The position numbers were made by a program, and so were the translations under genes. From the NCBI GenBank assembly GCA_052147975.1, contig JBKQJL010000083.1, positions 15,892 to 79,891 of the forward strand: DNA of 64,000 nucleotides, given 5' to 3'. The DNA is from Myxococcaceae bacterium (lineage in GTDB: Bacteria > Myxococcota > Myxococcia > Myxococcales > Myxococcaceae). The notes under the pieces were generated by a model that was given only the letters and a program-made list of their open reading frames with translations, had not been told where the DNA came from and did not search any database. Shown here piece by piece: positions 62,601 through 64,000 of this stretch. The stretch's first letter is position 1. The number at the start of each line of letters is the position of its first letter.

Positions 62601-64000
62601 ACGATGGGCCGTGTGCAGATGCGTACCGACTCGTTCGGACAGACCTACTATACATACAACTTCCGCGGTCAAGTGACGGCCGAGCTGCGCGTTAGAAACG
62701 GGACCTCGTGCACGGCGCTGCCGGTATTGCCGCTCGGCTTGTCGTGCGAAGCGCCTAGCGACGACAACCATCTCAATACTGTTTACGACTATGGCTCAAC
62801 GGGAGTACTGAACAATATTCAGTACCCACATGGACGGGTTGTTCGTTTTGGATATCCATCGTTTAACGGGGACTTGGAGCAGCCGGGTTCAGTCTCCGCA
62901 GACGTCCTGAATGGGTCGTCGTGCGCGACGGTCGCGCTATTAAGCTACATTACGTGGGAACCCTACGGAGGGGTCCGCGGCTACCAGGTCAGCTCGCCGA
63001 CTGCGTCGACGACACTCGGTGCGGTTGAGTACCTACTCGGCGACGCTAGTACCGTCGCCACTCTGACGAGCTGCCCTGCGTCGCGTCCCTCGAGTTCGAA
63101 CTCGGACCACTCCGGTCGCCTGCGCGCTCTCTGGGTTTCCACGGGGGGGTACACACCCTCTAGCCCTACAGGAACGGGCAACATCTTCGCGCGGCAATAC
63201 ACCTGGCGGGGCGACCAGCTTGTGACGCAAGCGAGTTGCGTACTGCAAAGCGCCGGAACGCCTGTCACCGAGAACTTCTTCAGCAGCGGTGGCGTGGCTG
63301 GCTACAACGCTCGGCTCCAGCTAGAGCACGCATCGCGGCCCAGCGGCGGCATGAAGGCCACCGGCGGCGCCTGGGGAGAGCGGGACTACAGCTACGACTT
63401 ACGCGGCAACCGCCTAACGGAAACCACGGACTGTTGGTCATGGGCCGAAAAGTACGACACCTTAAACCCGTTGGACGACCAGCTCATGAGCCGTGCGGTA
63501 ACGGGCTCCTCGTGCTCGGCGACGTGCCAAGGGTTCCCCTTTCTGACCACGAACTACAGCTACGACGCGGATGGGCGTATGGCGACGTTGACCACGGCCT
63601 CCGATTCAGTGGGCCCTCCGCTAAGCCTCTCTTTCAATGCCAGCATTGACGGTCAAGCCGCCGTAGGCGCGGTGTACAAGGCCATCACAGTGAATGGCTC
63701 GACCTATGAATACTACTACGACGCTGACGGCCGGAGACGCTTGAAGGCGTATCCCGACGGAGAGCAGGACGAGTATTTCTACGGGCCTAGCGATGAGATC
63801 ATCGAGGATCACGAGAATTGCGCTGGATGCGTGCCTTCAAGCAACACGCTGGACGAATATGTCTGGCTCGGCGGACATCCGGCTATCCTTTTTCGAGGAA
63901 GTCTCAACGCCTCTGGGGGTCGCAACCCAGACTTCAGTGGAACCTGTGCCGACACGGGGAATTGCGGCGTTTACTTCCCGGTCACTGACTACTTGGGGAA
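59604..64000 (+). CDS. RHS / YD-repeat polymorphic-toxin family protein (3' end outside window)
   Basis: This frame is absent from the ORF track because it has no stop before 64000. I translated it by hand. It has a signal peptide (MKRLSRDWRVWAGLAGLGLVVLLLGPKPAAA). It also has many YD repeats (YSYDSRGRVLSV, YDARGHV, YGYDDFGNLLTV, YAYDAQGHIV, YDYDVLGRPL, YSYDLRGNRLTE, YSYDADGRMATL, YYYDADGRR) and DEYVWLGGHPA and TDYLG motifs. A/T-ending codons are visibly frequent. Confidence 0.88.
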   Translation, partial: MKRLSRDWRVWAGLAGLGLVVLLLGPKPAAAHSFLGSLQRLLLAQSSDPPETDTPQPTLVSVAGPSSTGGLQLSDMTGRYEKTDLVIQNSTGPFVLKRTFRTSLGYWKQPQDYFVTQPQWWTNLTSNVQFMSYANDGITCVGSPLNPDCVRSPDYIVTDPDTGSFLNYYSNGNPQVPQQGFQIPVDAANQDKLYVNASNQDGGISSLILFTPSNHYYYAEWDGAHTYYLSRVEDIKYTAVDSGVTVANISYSSPGVISSVTTADGVVLVFNNTGGNLQSVSIDGGTVAAYTYSNGLLNTVTYDDGTGEEYAYGTNSNGFAATTLTGRKIISYVIDAGSGAGEGAVSSQTTEETTLSLLGWWNDTAYSCSGGSGTDYCYQNTLSDPAVTAGDGTWSVADLQTAYTLSVPTNASVGTGRQTSLVTRFCSGSCSGLLASSGQAWWFWPGVNYAYGQSAGNQPYAQSSMSENNAFTAYPNVRYAPSSVVPSDAGFLPPPEYPTILSGATNDGGAGAVSTQTRAYVYGGVGQPVQGYEQMVSTVQKPSPLGGNTTTYYNWDTTNNRLNSVVRVGQTAIDSSMSLSQQNIGTIYSYDSRGRVLSVQGPCFVASATQPTGCASSNSPAVVYTYYPPSGTGFTANRANTKTVCTGPLSGTPPNQTCPGLTTTYKSYDARGHVTDSVDANLVETISTYSGNLLLSTKVTATTVTDTTNYGYDGDQLQWVQHPTGMVDFTCYRVQAPNTPPGNCSTTLTASKFVYWKAKCSDTACTHRTESVAYQYLHGYVSQETYYDSMGQVRRVVRHDRDPRNRPTFDAVGDLSDTTDTTYSTRAMFDNDGNQISVGFPYNAPSVFCKQGGDTTTCAEMVPDGLDRLAKLTEPLVNAGASQEVVAYDSLGHVSSITYNSQKVIYGYDDFGNLLTVQAPWLANGGVGIIRYAYDAQGHIVIKETPAMAASGAEFLQYDYDVLGRPLDLKHYLSGYTTLWALAYDTPGGACPPQSSGAFTMGRVQMRTDSFGQTYYTYNFRGQVTAELRVRNGTSCTALPVLPLGLSCEAPSDDNHLNTVYDYGSTGVLNNIQYPHGRVVRFGYPSFNGDLEQPGSVSADVLNGSSCATVALLSYITWEPYGGVRGYQVSSPTASTTLGAVEYLLGDASTVATLTSCPASRPSSSNSDHSGRLRALWVSTGGYTPSSPTGTGNIFARQYTWRGDQLVTQASCVLQSAGTPVTENFFSSGGVAGYNARLQLEHASRPSGGMKATGGAWGERDYSYDLRGNRLTETTDCWSWAEKYDTLNPLDDQLMSRAVTGSSCSATCQGFPFLTTNYSYDADGRMATLTTASDSVGPPLSLSFNASIDGQAAVGAVYKAITVNGSTYEYYYDADGRRRLKAYPDGEQDEYFYGPSDEIIEDHENCAGCVPSSNTLDEYVWLGGHPAILFRGSLNASGGRNPDFSGTCADTGNCGVYFPVTDYLG

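Larger units (their letters stand above)
44162..64000. mobile_element. Integrated mobile genetic island (integrative, probably mobilizable element) at tRNA-Gly; right end not in window
   Basis: The island carries a tRNA-adjacent tyrosine integrase plus excisionase, ParB-like, replication-relaxation and TraD/VirD4-like genes, and defence/anti-defence/toxin cargo. G+C and GC3 drop clearly from about 45.9 kb onward. As a hand count, the 60-nt line at 50041 has 25 G+C. No second copy of the tRNA 3' end was seen before 64000. Confidence 0.8.

Noticed and set aside
44234-64000. Second copy of the tRNA-Gly 3' segment (attR direct repeat) to close the island
   Set aside because: Reading by eye, I found no repeat of GGTTCAAATCCCTTTTCCCGC or a substantial part of it. 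The island's right boundary is therefore assumed to lie beyond the window. A computational repeat search is needed.
1-64000. CRISPR arrays, rRNA genes, IS elements with terminal inverted repeats, tandem repeats
   Set aside because: None seen on reading. The only RNA gene I could fold is tRNA-Gly. Low-complexity Pro/Ala coding tracts (anti-sigma factor, BacP, OmpA protein, XseA leader) are codon-level composition, not DNA repeats.

Overview
High-GC, GC3-saturated chromosomal segment that looks myxobacterial. This is inferred from the bacN-bacO-bacP-padC bactofilin cluster, an FHA/sigma-54 activator and MopE-type Cys-rich proteins. No database search was possible, so all calls rest on motifs I recognise in the translations plus gene order.

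Positions 1-44.1 kb are conserved housekeeping backbone: yajC'-secD-secF, recJ, aspS, a response regulator, a lipid kinase, and an SNF2 helicase divergent from a HEAT-cyclophilin gene. Next come a DapB-like/MaoC/MaoC/acyl-CoA dehydrogenase block, a TolQ/TolR pair, an ECF sigma/anti-sigma pair and the xseA-xseB-ispA-dxs-tlyA run. The backbone continues with an OmpA-family protein, a GAF-HK-REC-degenerate-GGDEF hybrid kinase, a TPR protein, a hydrolase and bacNOP-padC-pyrE. It ends with LOG, rhomboid, nadB, an SLT transglycosylase, a TPR protein and pgsA.

A tRNA-Gly(GCC) at 44162-44233 is the left junction of an integrated element of at least 19.8 kb that runs off the window end. The element starts with a tyrosine integrase whose ORF reads antisense through the tRNA, and an excisionase. 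It then becomes visibly lower in G+C and carries accessory cargo. That cargo includes:
- a TIR-like (CAP12/PycTIR-type) protein paired with a PIN-like protein that has a large helical insertion;
- an ArdA anti-restriction protein;
- a fused ABC-type ATPase plus TOPRIM/DUF4435-like protein (OLD/PARIS-like);
- a ParB-like protein, a replication-relaxation family protein and a TraD/VirD4-like coupling ATPase;
- an FHA-sigma-54 activator;
- a translationally coupled Cys-rich/lipoprotein/RHS-YD-repeat toxin operon, truncated at 64000.

The best candidate for an undescribed system is the TIR-like + split-PIN gene pair (45916-47946). The compact ATPase-TOPRIM gene sitting next to ardA comes second. 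Most long ORFs on the track that lie antisense to these genes are high-GC artefacts.
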